Of a DNA stretch of 64,000 nucleotides, positions 23,601 through 34,070 are shown piece after piece (the first letter of the stretch is position 1; the number at the start of each line of letters is the position of its first letter). The notes under the pieces were generated by a model, which did not search any database, was not told the origin of the DNA, and saw only the letters and a program-made list of their open reading frames with translations. The stretch is from Plasmodiophora brassicae (taxonomy: Eukaryota), in assembly GCA_036867785.1 (NCBI GenBank), contig CP145419.1:744001-808000 (forward strand). Reading direction: 5' to 3'. A program made the position numbers and the translations under genes.

Positions 23601-25948
23601 TTAGCCGACATCGGCTGGACCACTGACCATCTCACCAGTTTCAATTCTCTGAAGCATCGACTATCGGAGGCCATGACGCTGGCGCACACCAAGGACGAAT
23701 GGATCATGTGTCTCTTTCCGGATGCGAGTGACCGTTTCTGGTCTGTTTTCCTGTCGCAGATCCCTCCGGAAGATATTGATCTCCCGTACGGTGAGCAACA
23801 CCACGAACCTTTGTCGTTCATCTCGGGGACATTCCGTGGTTCTCAATTGAAGTGGGCGACCATTGAGAAGGAGGCCTACGCCATCATTGAAGGCTGCTAT
23901 CGCCTCAGACACTTCATCTCTATGTCAAAGCTGGCACTTCGAATCTTCACAGACCACCGTAATTTGGTTTTCATTCTGAACCCAGCCTCGGTTGCACGAA
24001 TTAGTCGGACGACCGGCGATCGCTTGGAGCGCTGGCGACTTCAGATTATCGACCTAGATTTTCACATTGAGCACATTGCTGGGGAGGACAACGTTTGGGC
24101 CGACCTCGCCACGCGGTGGGGCGTCGCCCTGCAACCACTCTCCTCATTTTCCCCTCCATCGTTCCGTTCTATTCGTCATATGGCAATTAATCTTGACTTC
24201 GACGATTACAAGATGACCGATGAGTTTATCTGGCCGTCTGTCGACGAGATTAGTAACGCTCAGACCGACTACATTCGCCAACACGACCTATCTGCCGTTT
24301 CTGATATTCTCCAACTCGAAGGGGACATGTCTCTCCACCTTAGCCCGGAATCTGGCTGGCGTACTCCAGACAATCAACTCTGGGTACCATCACATGCACT
24401 GCAGCTACGCATCGCAGTGATTTCACATATGGGACTGTCTGGTCATCAACTTGCTGCATCGACTATTTCGAGCATCGCGCAACTCTTCTGGTGGCCTGAT
24501 CTCGATTCCTTTGTTCGTGCATTTGTGGACAAATGCTTACACTGCCTACGCAACAAAGATTCGATGATCCCCCGACCTTATGGCACGGCTATGCATGCGG
24601 ACAAGCCCAATAAGGTCATCCACTATGACTTTCTGTTCTTATCCAAACCTCGTCCAGGCGATTCTCATCAACTTCGTTATGTTCTGGTTCTGAAGGACGA
24701 CGCTACAGCATTCGTCGAGTTAATTCCTTGTCAATTCGCGGATCACAGCGTTGTCGCCGAATCTCTTCTGGATTGGTTCAAACGTTTCGGCATTGTTTTC
24801 CAACATGTCTCTGACCGCGGCACACACTTCAAAAACGCGGTTATCGCCGAGCTTAATAGCCGGTTACACTGCAACCATCATTTCACAACTGCCTACACAC
24901 CTTGGGCGAACGGCACGGTTGAGGTTGTCAACAAGCGGCTTCTCTTTCTGCTGAAGTCCCTCCTCTCCGAGCTAAATCTTCCATTCCAGGATTGGCCGTA
25001 TGTCCTTCCGCTGATCAACATGACGGTAAATCACACTGTTCGATCAAGTGTGGGCTACGCGCCTGTCACGATGTTTACGGGTTTGCCACCCTCGACACCT
25101 ATCTCGATTATCTTCAACAAACGCATCGACGCGGTTATCGACGTACCGTTGACCCCTGACCGTCTCAAGGAAATGACGACGGAACTTATCGATTCTCTCG
25201 AGGACATGCACAAAGAAGTGGCACGTACACGCACCCATCTACGTGATCTCAAGCAACGCGCCCGGCGTCGCCGACGCAATGTTCGCGAGATCAACTTCAC
25301 GACGGGCGACTATGTTCTCGTGGCCAACCATGGCAAGCACTCCAAGTCCGAGTACAACTGGACTGGACCTGCCCAGATTATCGACACCATCAACGACTGG
25401 GTGTATCGAGTTCGAGATCTCTTGACTGATCATATCTCAGATGTACACGCCCAGCGCTTAATGTTCTATGCAGATGCGCACTTGAATGTCACCTCTTCCC
25501 TGAAGCACAACATCGCGCTCACCGGCGTGGCTTACCAAGTCAACGCAGTCGAGGACATTCGAGTCAATTCTACGTCAGGTGACACTGAACTACTGATCAA
25601 CTGGATCGGATTCGATGCCACCGACAATTCATGGGAACCTTACTCGGTCATGGCGGCCGATGTTCCTGATATCGTCAGGGCCTTCCTCGAACGACAAGCC
25701 GAAGGAGACCCGCTCTGCTCACGACTGTTAGCAGATTTCTAACACGGGGAGTGTTCATCCAGAGTACCAGTACTCAGATGATGCTGCTCAGATGCTGCTG
25801 CCACCCGGTCACATGATCATGACCGTACTCGACCCCGCAGCGGCCCTTGCTGTGACGATCCTGTCCAAATACATCAGTTCGTTATATCACCAGGCGCCGA
25901 CTCTTGCGACCGACCGCCCCCGTAGTGGGCAGCGGCGGCGTTAGCACA
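20613..25948 (+). mobile_element. Ty3/Gypsy chromoviral LTR retrotransposon, family B copy 1, intact
   Basis: 197-bp LTRs at 20613-20809 and 25752-25948; 5-bp TSD TAGAG; inserted in family A pol. Confidence 0.97.
20853..25742 (+). CDS. Family B Gag-Pol polyprotein, 1629 aa
   Basis: CLICKEQHWVQVC knuckle, ADSGA protease, FDAFKGYWQ/WIDD RT, RNase H, HHCC + DDE integrase, chromodomain (LLINWIGF...SWEP). Confidence 0.96.
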   Translation: MAGGGRRAPVRLQMEDDARTNSDAEAKEHESSTDDEIDRGLQSTNLHGKSPIFMPLKPPILRTLSLTAKDGINDFLKKYRKHVEIVNERRLIYKEDIHPPTVKSCITEDVLRGMSKYRLRQPASTITDGDIMSYLRSVQRREADVESSTDIKALLTKTVVMNLSIKSIEERVTSFFAKFDELIDDYGLQDTYAKGTKGTKRKIKVLRGGIRPTDLAVLVERAIEFGGCRDAEKDELKFFDLVDRLAKEQDKHFRLQAEKKKSPAQTMSPPAGKKGKDVVAPNRNGGKHPTNPIGLKTAQSSTSQTKDESRDIPEHIRKRFEGKDPPKAGCLICKEQHWVQVCPKATQGERKAAIEKFQKERKEKEESKGNADTAKRMGPPSPSTPSPMRLRFQNSLDLPFEADSGATKTVISQSQLLRIQAIQHVPVKVFDHPTEAKLATIGATTTIVATAIVDITIVPPSHGKPAHLRGREINVCREDLSDDIVLLGAPELDALGINPATQLKEMLIEANGPIIIEADPTPERHAPGGQGITMRAVRHPEVSGTTRDHEPQLDTNDPGDDYDVEIGEHSDTDVDRAIDRMIQRATDSGFPNDQVPRLRTTVNRHKDIWRTKLGRDPPAKVSPLKLHFKADARPVRCRTRRYTLEHQKFMDDHVGTLAENDFVYRNPHSRYASPCLVVDKKDTEVRGHRLTVDINEAVNKQTERIAWPMPHIDIILTYLRSATIFMLFDAFKGYWQFPLHPDSQEACSFMTHIATFTPRRIIQGIADCVFAFQAGMQQVLGKLLYICALLWIDDILGYVSGFGAYMDTLESLLNAFDEFGVKLNPDRCQLYLTSVTWCGRVISADGVSFDRSYLNALHDLSTPITAADLQQFLSGLNWVRSVIPQFAAHVHPLQDLLLSASRSVSSLKKSHLRRVRLADIGWTTDHLTSFNSLKHRLSEAMTLAHTKDEWIMCLFPDASDRFWSVFLSQIPPEDIDLPYGEQHHEPLSFISGTFRGSQLKWATIEKEAYAIIEGCYRLRHFISMSKLALRIFTDHRNLVFILNPASVARISRTTGDRLERWRLQIIDLDFHIEHIAGEDNVWADLATRWGVALQPLSSFSPPSFRSIRHMAINLDFDDYKMTDEFIWPSVDEISNAQTDYIRQHDLSAVSDILQLEGDMSLHLSPESGWRTPDNQLWVPSHALQLRIAVISHMGLSGHQLAASTISSIAQLFWWPDLDSFVRAFVDKCLHCLRNKDSMIPRPYGTAMHADKPNKVIHYDFLFLSKPRPGDSHQLRYVLVLKDDATAFVELIPCQFADHSVVAESLLDWFKRFGIVFQHVSDRGTHFKNAVIAELNSRLHCNHHFTTAYTPWANGTVEVVNKRLLFLLKSLLSELNLPFQDWPYVLPLINMTVNHTVRSSVGYAPVTMFTGLPPSTPISIIFNKRIDAVIDVPLTPDRLKEMTTELIDSLEDMHKEVARTRTHLRDLKQRARRRRRNVREINFTTGDYVLVANHGKHSKSEYNWTGPAQIIDTINDWVYRVRDLLTDHISDVHAQRLMFYADAHLNVTSSLKHNIALTGVAYQVNAVEDIRVNSTSGDTELLINWIGFDATDNSWEPYSVMAADVPDIVRAFLERQAEGDPLCSRLLADF

Positions 25949-25953
25949 TAGAG

Positions 25954-27552
25954 GTACGCACGATCAGGAGGATAACGCTTCAAATTGAGGACGGATATCG
26001 GGTACGGCCGTTACAAAGGAAGGAATTCCAATGGCCGACCGTGGACGAAATCCGTAAGGCTCAGAGGAAATGGCTCAGAGGAACGAAACGACCGAAGAAT
26101 GGTGATGATCTCTTCGTCACAGGGAAGGGACAGGTGATCATACCAGACGAATGCAACGAGCTGAAGCTGCAGCTATGCGCTATTGCTCATGCGGGCGGAA
26201 ACAGTGGGCATCTAGGACTGAAGGCCTCGTTGAGGAAGTTGGGGGAGTTCTGCCATTGGGCACACTGCGATGAGGACATGAGGACGTTCTGCAACGCGTG
26301 TTTGAACTGTCTACCGACAAGGGGCGGGGTTAGGATTCCCAGGCCATTGGGAACAGCTGTTCATGGTGTTAGGCCGAATCAGGTGATTCACTTGGATTGG
26401 CTATACATGATGGCGGCTCAGAAGGGCGGAAGACATGATCTGCAATGGAACCTGATAATCAGGGATGATCTGTCTGGCATGGTCAAGATTACTCCTGACC
26501 ATACACCCAATGCGGAAACCACTGTAGAGGCACTGCTCGAATGGAGGGCTATCTTCGGAACGTTTGAGTTGATGGTGTCAGACATGGCGTCTTGCTTTCT
26601 GGCAAACGTTGTGAAGGAACTGGCGCGTCGATGTGGATTTGCTCATCACCCGACTGTTGCCTATGGGCATTACAGTAATGGATCAATTGAGGTGATCAAC
26701 AGGAACTACTTGCAACTAGTCAGAGCACTTCTGTCTGAATTGCAGTGGGACAAATACGATTGGCCATGGTTGAACCACAACATTGAACACACGATCAATC
26801 ACAGGTCGCAGGCGCGTACCAACGGGAATGCGCCAGTGACAGTGATGATGGGACGTCAACCAGACAACCCGCTGAAGCAAGTGTTCAAGAGGCCAGGGGA
26901 TGAGAAGTATGGGGAAGCTACACTCTCAAAGGAGCATATTCAGGAGCTAGTCATGCAATTGCAGACGTCGCTGAATGAAATGCACAAGGGAGCAGTGCAG
27001 CAATCGAAGAAAATCCGAGCCGTACACAGGAAGAGGAGCGACGCGTACCGACGAGCAACTGCACCGAACTTTCAGATCGGTGACTATGTACTCATCGGAT
27101 TGCCTGAACCGGGTAAGGTTCCGGGCAAGAAGCTCTTTATGAAGTGGCGGGGCCTATATCAAATAACTGATAGCCACGAGAACTACACCTACGAGGTGAG
27201 GAATATGTTCAATGAGACGGACACTCGAACCGTTCACGGGGACCGCGTTCGCCTCTATGAACATGGCAAAGTGAATGCCACTGAGGAACTGAAGCGACAG
27301 ATGGATTATGACAATGAGCGTTTCGCCATTGAAGTCTTCAAGGACTGCAGGCACAGTCCGGAGACAGGGGAATTGGAATTGTTGATCGGATGGAAGGGTT
27401 TCTCTGAAGCGGAGGATTCATGGGAGCCAATCTGCAGGTTGGCGATGGATGTACCGAAGCTGGTGAAGGCACATGCCGCCAGGATGAGGAAGGAGAAACA
27501 TCACCTTGCTGATGAGGTTAAGGAGTTACTTAAGGCGGAAGGAGTCCAGTAG
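25954..27552 (+). pseudogene. Family A copy 1 gag-pol, 3' part (integrase and chromodomain)
   Basis: Frame resumes after the TSD; HLDW, VSDMA, NGSIE; LLIGWKGF...SWEP. Confidence 0.92.
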
Positions 27553-28338
27553 GCTAGTCATGCTTTTTTCCCGGATGCGCGCTGGGTTATTTTAATGCCG
27601 ACGGCCATGTGACGACAGAAGCCAAAACTGTGTTCTACGAAGATTGAGACTTAATTATGTTAATTAGACTATATTAAGGAGAAGACATGATTAGGATACA
27701 CCACCACTGAAGACACCTGCAAGGAGGAGCATTTCTTTGAAGGAGGGGAATGTGCCGGCTCCAAGCTATAAGACAAGAATAGCTGTGATCCGGCTAGGCC
27801 GCCCTAAGAATGACGGACATGCACGGAGTGCGCACGGAGTCCGCACGGCGTCCGTGGGAGCTGCAGGTCGGGGACACAGACGATTATACTACACGGCTGA
27901 TATACCATCACCGTTGGGACGTCACAGACGTCCCTTGTGGTGGACGGGCAACAACCAATTGGTGCTCGCCCGGGCCTTCCGCGTCTGTCGAGGGGTGTTG
28001 TCCAGCGGATCGCTGCGGCCCTTTGCGGCGACCCTCGATCTGCCTGTCACCTGCAGGCAGACCCCGTCTGGCGAAGGCGGCGTAGAGCAGCAGCAGTAGT
28101 CGGAGACCATCAATGCGCCGCGCGTGTAGCTGATCGCAGCGACGTTCGCAGGAACGTGCCACATGCGCTTCCTCGAGTCGGCTTATCGCTGTACCGGCTG
28201 ACACGTGCTTCGCTGTTGTGCCCCGCAACGTCTGAGCCGCTGTCAGGTCGGGTCTGTCAGGTCGAGTCGCAATGACAATCAATCAGCGGCGTCACTTTGC
28301 GTGTGAACTGTGCCTCCAGATAGAGGTCCAGCGAGGCA

Positions 28339-31300
28339 TGTGACGTCCCAACGGTGATGGTATATCAGCCGTGTAGTATAATCGTCTGTGTCCCCGACCT
28401 GCAGCTCCCGCGGACGCCGTGCGGACTCCGTGCGCACTCCGTGCATGTCCGTCATTCTTAGGGCGGCCTAGCCGGATCACAGCTATTCTTGTCTTATAGC
28501 TTGGAGCCGGCACATTCCCCTCCTTCAACGAAATGCTCCTCCTTGCAGGTGTCTTCAGTGGTGGTGTATCCTAATCATGTCTTCTCCTTAATATAGTCTA
28601 ATTAACATAATTAAGTCTCAATCTTCGTAGAACACAGTTTTGGCTTCTGTCGTCACATGGCCGTCGGCATTAAAATAACCCAGCGCGCATCCGGGAAAAA
28701 AGCATGACTAGCCTACTGGACTCCTTCCGCCTTAAGTAACTCCTTAACCTCATCAGCAAGGTGATGTTTCTCCTTCCTCATCCTGGCGGCATGTGCCTTC
28801 ACCAGCTTCGGTACATCCATCGCCAACCTGCAGATTGGCTCCCATGAATCCTCCGCTTCAGAGAAACCCTTCCATCCGATCAACAATTCCAATTCCCCTG
28901 TCTCCGGACTGTGCCTGCAGTCCTTGAAGACTTCAATGGCGAAACGCTCATTGTCATAATCCATCTGTCGCTTCAGTTCCTCAGTGGCATTCACTTTGCC
29001 ATGTTCATAGAGGCGAACGCGGTCCCCGTGAACGGTTCGAGTGTCCGTCTCATTGAACATATTCCTCACCTCGTAGGTGTAGTTCTCGTGGCTATCAGTT
29101 ATTTGATATAGGCCCCGCCACTTCATAAAGAGCTTCTTGCCCGGAACCTTACCCGGTTCAGGCAATCCGATGAGTACATAGTCACCGATCTGAAAGTTCG
29201 GTGCAGTTGCTCGTCGGTACGCGTCGCTCCTCTTCCTGTGTACGGCTCGGATTTTCTTCGATTGCTGCACTGCTCCCTTGTGCATTTCATTCAGCGACGT
29301 CTGCAATTGCATGACTAGCTCCTGAATATGCTCCTTTGAGAGTGTAGCTTCCCCATACTTCTCATCCCCTGGCCTCTTGAACACTTGCTTCAGCGGGTTG
29401 TCTGGTTGACGTCCCATCATCACTGTCACTGGCGCATTCCCGTTGGTACGCGCCTGCGACCTGTGATTGATCGTGTGTTCAATGTTGTGGTTCAACCATG
29501 GCCAATCGTATTTGTCCCACTGCAATTCAGACAGAAGTGCTCTGACTAGTTGCAAGTAGTTCCTGTTGATCACCTCAATTGATCCATTACTGTAATGCCC
29601 ATAGGCAACAGTCGGGTGATGAGCAAATCCACATCGACGCGCCAGTTCCTTCACAACGTTTGCCAGAAAGCAAGACGCCATGTCTGACACCATCAACTCA
29701 AACGTTCCGAAGATAGCCCTCCATTCGAGCAGTGCCTCTACAGTGGTTTCCGCATTGGGTGTATGGTCAGGAGTAATCTTGACCATGCCAGACAGATCAT
29801 CCCTGATTATCAGGTTCCATTGCAGATCATGTCTTCCGCCCTTCTGAGCCGCCATCATGTATAGCCAATCCAAGTGAATCACCTGATTCGGCCTAACACC
29901 ATGAACAGCTGTTCCCAATGGCCTGGGAATCCTAACCCCGCCCCTTGTCGGTAGACAGTTCAAACACGCGTTGCAGAACGTCCTCATGTCCTCATCGCAG
30001 TGTGCCCAATGGCAGAACTCCCCCAACTTCCTCAACGAGGCCTTCAGTCCTAGATGCCCACTGTTTCCGCCCGCATGAGCAATAGCGCATAGCTGCAGCT
30101 TCAGCTCGTTGCATTCGTCTGGTATGATCACCTGTCCCTTCCCTGTGACGAAGAGATCATCACCATTCTTCGGTCGTTTCGTTCCTCTGAGCCATTTCCT
30201 CTGAGCCTTACGGATTTCGTCCACGGTCGGCCATTGGAATTCCTTCCTTTGTAACGGCCGTACCCGATATCCGTCCTCAATTTGAAGCGTTATCCTCCTG
30301 ATCGTGCGTACCTCTAGGTGCTGGTCATCAGGCCCACCGTCCGGTGCACCCCACCGCGTCATAAGATCCGACCACACATTGTCCTCCCCCGCAATGTGTT
30401 CAATGACGTAGTTGACCCTCTGTATGTCCAGTGCCCATCGTTGCAGTTTCTGCGCCGTTGGCTTTGACACGTCCGTTGGTGAGAATATCCTCACGAGATT
30501 CCTATGATCGGTAAACAAACGAAACTGCTCGTTGGTTGTAACGAGATAGTCCAGTTTGTCAATCCCATCCTTGATCGCGAACCCTTCCTTCTCCACCGTG
30601 GACCAGTTCCGCTCTGGGCCCGCGAACTTGTGTCCGACGAAACCCAGCGGTTCATGTCGCTGCCCATGCACTGGTTTACCCAAGTCCTCAGGCGGAATCT
30701 GTGTGACTACCGCCGCGCTGTTAACCTCATTTGCATCTGAGAATAGGCATTGGATCCGGTCCTTTCGCGGGTACGCTAGTTGGACCGTGTCCGCCACTGC
30801 CATCTTCAGTTTCTCGAATGCCAGCGCATGTTCGGGTGACCATCCATATTTGCACAATCGCACCCTCCTGGCAATGGCTTTCGTCCTGCCAGGTTGGTCC
30901 TTCATTGCATCCTCGTATATCCTCTGTAACAGGTGTACCTTCCTGTTGTACTCAGGGATGGACCTACTCATCCACTGAGTTGCCATAAGGAATTGTTGCA
31001 AGTCCCTTGCCGTCCTCGGCTGTGGTATCGCCATTAAAGCCTCAATCCTAGCAGGATCGTGCCTTACCCCTTCTGGCGTGAATATCCTTCCACAGAACCG
31101 AACCTCTGTTGTGAAGAGCTCACACTTCTCCACGTTGAACTTGATGCTGTGCCGTTCGGCTAGCATCAGAGTCCGTTCCAACGTTCGGAACCAATCATCC
31201 TCCCTTTGGGCATGCCCCATTAGATCATCGATCCATATGATTAGTTTGTGGAACATAAGTTCCCCGAACACCTCAAACATCCTCCCTTGATACTGAGGGG

Positions 31301-33549
31301 CGGAGTTCATTCCCCCCTGCATCGACCTCGTTGGCTTATACACCCCCTTATCTGTCATGAAGGAGAAGATCTCCTGACACGCTTCATCCAGCGGCATCAT
31401 CCAGAAGCCTTTGAACGCATCTAGCTTAAACCAGAACCTCGAGCCTGCCAGGTTCCTGAGTATCGCCTCCTGATGTGGCATAGGCCACGCCACGGCGACA
31501 CATTTGGCATTAACAGCTCTGAGATCAACACAGAACCGCTTTCCGCCCCCTGGCTTCGTCACCACCACCACCGGTGAAGCCCACTTCGCGTTGTAGTTTT
31601 CAACGACTAGGCCATACTTCTTCAATTGGGCGACGAATTCCTCCATGAAAGCACTGTCCTCCATACTGTACTTTCTGGCTCGGCACCTGTAAGGTTCCGC
31701 ATCCGGTTTCAGCTCCGTGACAAATGGTGTAACCCTGGCTGGACCATCAGGTCCAATGCTCATACGCCAAACGTCCCTATATCTTCTGACGAGTTTCCGA
31801 AGCGATTTCCCCATCGCTTGCGGTAGGCCATTCCTCAATGCGCGCTCGGCCATCCCGTCCATCTCCCTTTCCAGGGAGTCTGTGGAATCGGTTCCGATCC
31901 TCACATCCTCTGTTTCCTCTTCCTCCCCTTCCCAGAGAGGTGGCATCTCGTTTGCCATATTGTGCACTTCATCCATGACGTCATTCCCCTTCTTCGGCGT
32001 GCTCTTAATGAGTACGTCCAGGGCCTTCTTTGGGTGGATACCCAAGTCGTCCAACAGCCTCTCCCCTAGGATTATTTCCTTTTCAGGAATGTCCCATACA
32101 AGGCATCGGCGCCGGCGAGTGATCAGTTCGCCTGCCGTCGTCGTCAGTCCCAGATCCAGTATCATCACATGGTAGGCTGTGTGCTTCGTTTCTCTGTCTA
32201 CCAGACAGAACGTTTCCGGCTTCTGGAGGTTCTCCATTGTTAACAATGGGTCCCGCTCCATTAGCTCGCGCGCTATGGTCAATGGCATCAGAACGTCAAC
32301 CGATGTCGCTCCACTGTCCAGAACCCCAACGTAGTCTTCCTCATGTCCGTTTACACGAACGACTACTTGGTCCCCTGTCCTCTGCGCCCCCTCCGACACT
32401 CTTCCTACCAGGGGTCCATCCCTTCCCGTTGGCCCCTTGCGGCGATCCTTCAGCAGGTCTGCGACCTGCTTCTTGGTAGGCTTCTTCGGGCAACGAAACG
32501 CTGGATGTCCAACCTCGTCACAGTTGAAACATCGCAGGTCCTTCCGGTGTCGTTTCGTGTCCCGGCCTCCATCGCCTCCTTCATCCGTCTGCGCCCCTCG
32601 CTTCTTTGGGGTGGGTTTGACCTTTCCCTTCCCCTTGCCATCCTCACGTCCCGGCTCCATGTACAACATCGTCTCCTCATACGATGCAGCCCGTTCCTTC
32701 AGCACCCGATAGAATTCCAAAGGGTCCTTCTGGAGATCGGTCTGGCGCTTCATGACGAGGGTCCGCATGAGCGCTTGTAAACCGGATGGGCGCACAGCAC
32801 CCAGTAGGTACTTGACCAGGTTCTTCCGTCCCTCGCGGGACGTGAAGAGGTCCTGCCACCCGTTGCGCGCGACCAATTCCTCGTACTGCTGCACGAGGTT
32901 CACGACCCTTGCCGCTGGTGTGGTGATGGTCAGCTTCATCGCCAGCTTCCGCATCTCCCGGTCGATGTTCGCGTCCGTCGAGCGATCCTGCTCCAGATGC
33001 CTCTTCATCCAGTCCATCAGGTCGCTCTCCGTCACCCCCTCGGCGTCCTTGCCGAGTTCCCACTTGCAGATCGCCCTGAGCAGACCGGGGTCGATCATAC
33101 TCCTCACTGACCGCGGGATCTGGCCCTTGGCGTTCGGATCGTCCCGGAAGTGATTCCGATACGTCTTCAGCTCGGCCATGAACGTCGTGACGGCCTTGCG
33201 GTCCATGCTTTTCAAGGTCGGCGCCTTGTTCATCTGCAGGACGATCGTTGAGCCTTGCACGCTCTGTCCTTGTTGTCGATCATCGACGTCATCTTCCAGC
33301 AGCATCTCCTGCGCGGTGGCCACCATCGCGTCCTTCTTTGAAACCTTCCCCGAAAGGATGTTCAAGAGATCTCTGTGACGTCCCAACGGTGATGGTATAT
33401 CAGCCGTGTAGTATAATCGTCTGTGTCCCCGACCTGCAGCTCCCACGGACGCCGTGCGGACTCCGTGCGCACTCCGTGCATGTCCGTCATTCTTAGGGCG
33501 GCCTAGCCGGATCACAGCTATTCTTGTCTTATAGCTTGGAGCCGGCACA
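28339..33549 (-). mobile_element. Family A copy 2, full length with an uninterrupted ORF
   Basis: LTRs at 33374-33549 (5') and 28339-28514 (3'); near-identical to copy 1. Confidence 0.97.
28713..33326 (-). CDS. Family A Gag-Pol polyprotein, 1537 aa (intron-less variant)
   Basis: Single open frame with all domains; lacks the 54-nt segment present in copies 1 and 3. Confidence 0.95.
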   Translation of the reverse strand: MVATAQEMLLEDDVDDRQQGQSVQGSTIVLQMNKAPTLKSMDRKAVTTFMAELKTYRNHFRDDPNAKGQIPRSVRSMIDPGLLRAICKWELGKDAEGVTESDLMDWMKRHLEQDRSTDANIDREMRKLAMKLTITTPAARVVNLVQQYEELVARNGWQDLFTSREGRKNLVKYLLGAVRPSGLQALMRTLVMKRQTDLQKDPLEFYRVLKERAASYEETMLYMEPGREDGKGKGKVKPTPKKRGAQTDEGGDGGRDTKRHRKDLRCFNCDEVGHPAFRCPKKPTKKQVADLLKDRRKGPTGRDGPLVGRVSEGAQRTGDQVVVRVNGHEEDYVGVLDSGATSVDVLMPLTIARELMERDPLLTMENLQKPETFCLVDRETKHTAYHVMILDLGLTTTAGELITRRRRCLVWDIPEKEIILGERLLDDLGIHPKKALDVLIKSTPKKGNDVMDEVHNMANEMPPLWEGEEEETEDVRIGTDSTDSLEREMDGMAERALRNGLPQAMGKSLRKLVRRYRDVWRMSIGPDGPARVTPFVTELKPDAEPYRCRARKYSMEDSAFMEEFVAQLKKYGLVVENYNAKWASPVVVVTKPGGGKRFCVDLRAVNAKCVAVAWPMPHQEAILRNLAGSRFWFKLDAFKGFWMMPLDEACQEIFSFMTDKGVYKPTRSMQGGMNSAPQYQGRMFEVFGELMFHKLIIWIDDLMGHAQREDDWFRTLERTLMLAERHSIKFNVEKCELFTTEVRFCGRIFTPEGVRHDPARIEALMAIPQPRTARDLQQFLMATQWMSRSIPEYNRKVHLLQRIYEDAMKDQPGRTKAIARRVRLCKYGWSPEHALAFEKLKMAVADTVQLAYPRKDRIQCLFSDANEVNSAAVVTQIPPEDLGKPVHGQRHEPLGFVGHKFAGPERNWSTVEKEGFAIKDGIDKLDYLVTTNEQFRLFTDHRNLVRIFSPTDVSKPTAQKLQRWALDIQRVNYVIEHIAGEDNVWSDLMTRWGAPDGGPDDQHLEVRTIRRITLQIEDGYRVRPLQRKEFQWPTVDEIRKAQRKWLRGTKRPKNGDDLFVTGKGQVIIPDECNELKLQLCAIAHAGGNSGHLGLKASLRKLGEFCHWAHCDEDMRTFCNACLNCLPTRGGVRIPRPLGTAVHGVRPNQVIHLDWLYMMAAQKGGRHDLQWNLIIRDDLSGMVKITPDHTPNAETTVEALLEWRAIFGTFELMVSDMASCFLANVVKELARRCGFAHHPTVAYGHYSNGSIEVINRNYLQLVRALLSELQWDKYDWPWLNHNIEHTINHRSQARTNGNAPVTVMMGRQPDNPLKQVFKRPGDEKYGEATLSKEHIQELVMQLQTSLNEMHKGAVQQSKKIRAVHRKRSDAYRRATAPNFQIGDYVLIGLPEPGKVPGKKLFMKWRGLYQITDSHENYTYEVRNMFNETDTRTVHGDRVRLYEHGKVNATEELKRQMDYDNERFAIEVFKDCRHSPETGELELLIGWKGFSEAEDSWEPICRLAMDVPKLVKAHAARMRKEKHHLADEVKELLKAEGVQ

Positions 33550-34070
33550 CGCTGGGAGACCTCCCGATTGACACTCAATCTGGAATCCATAATTGCCCGC
33601 TTACCTCGGTTCTGCAAGACCATCAGGCTGGGCATAAGCAGTGCCGACGTGAAGTTGAGGGACCGTTATCGGCATTTCGTGGCGGGTGGTGCATATCAGG
33701 CCAAAGCGATACCTGCTGCAGCGACTTCTTCGGAAGCGGATGTTCTCCCGAGGACGGCGGGCGAGGCAACACACGTTGGGCGGCAGCGTGTCGCGCCCGT
33801 CGACCTGCAACCTGGATGTGTTCCAAACGGTCATGACGTACCGGAGGGGCGCCCTCAGTGCAGGCGACGACGGCGCGCTCGGTCATGAGTCAGACCAACG
33901 TACCACGGCGCAGCAGCATCGATCGATCGGCAATGCCCTGATGGCAGGCTCCCTTGCCACAGCGACTGCCAGGCAGCACTCATCATATGCTGAAATAGGG
34001 ACCTCGTTACGACATTGTGGTGTGTCATCCCACCCAATCTGAGCATTCGGAGCCGCTGGTCCTGGATATA

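Larger units (their letters stand above)
17321..27926 (+). mobile_element. Ty3/Gypsy chromoviral LTR retrotransposon, family A copy 1, interrupted by family B
   Basis: 176-bp TG..CA LTRs at 17321-17496 and 27751-27926; PPT GAAGGAGGGGAA; gag-pol with CCHC knuckle, LDSGA protease, RT (WIDD), RNase H, integrase, chromodomain. Confidence 0.97.

Noticed and set aside
27916-27934. GGGACGTC-ACA-GACGTCCC hairpin at the copy 1 3' junction
   Set aside because: Mostly explained by the self-complementary GACGTC; cannot be distinguished from chance.
33550-34060. Possible gene fragment right of family A copy 2
   Set aside because: Several short open frames, no recognisable domain, and no verifiable join to the inverted segment.
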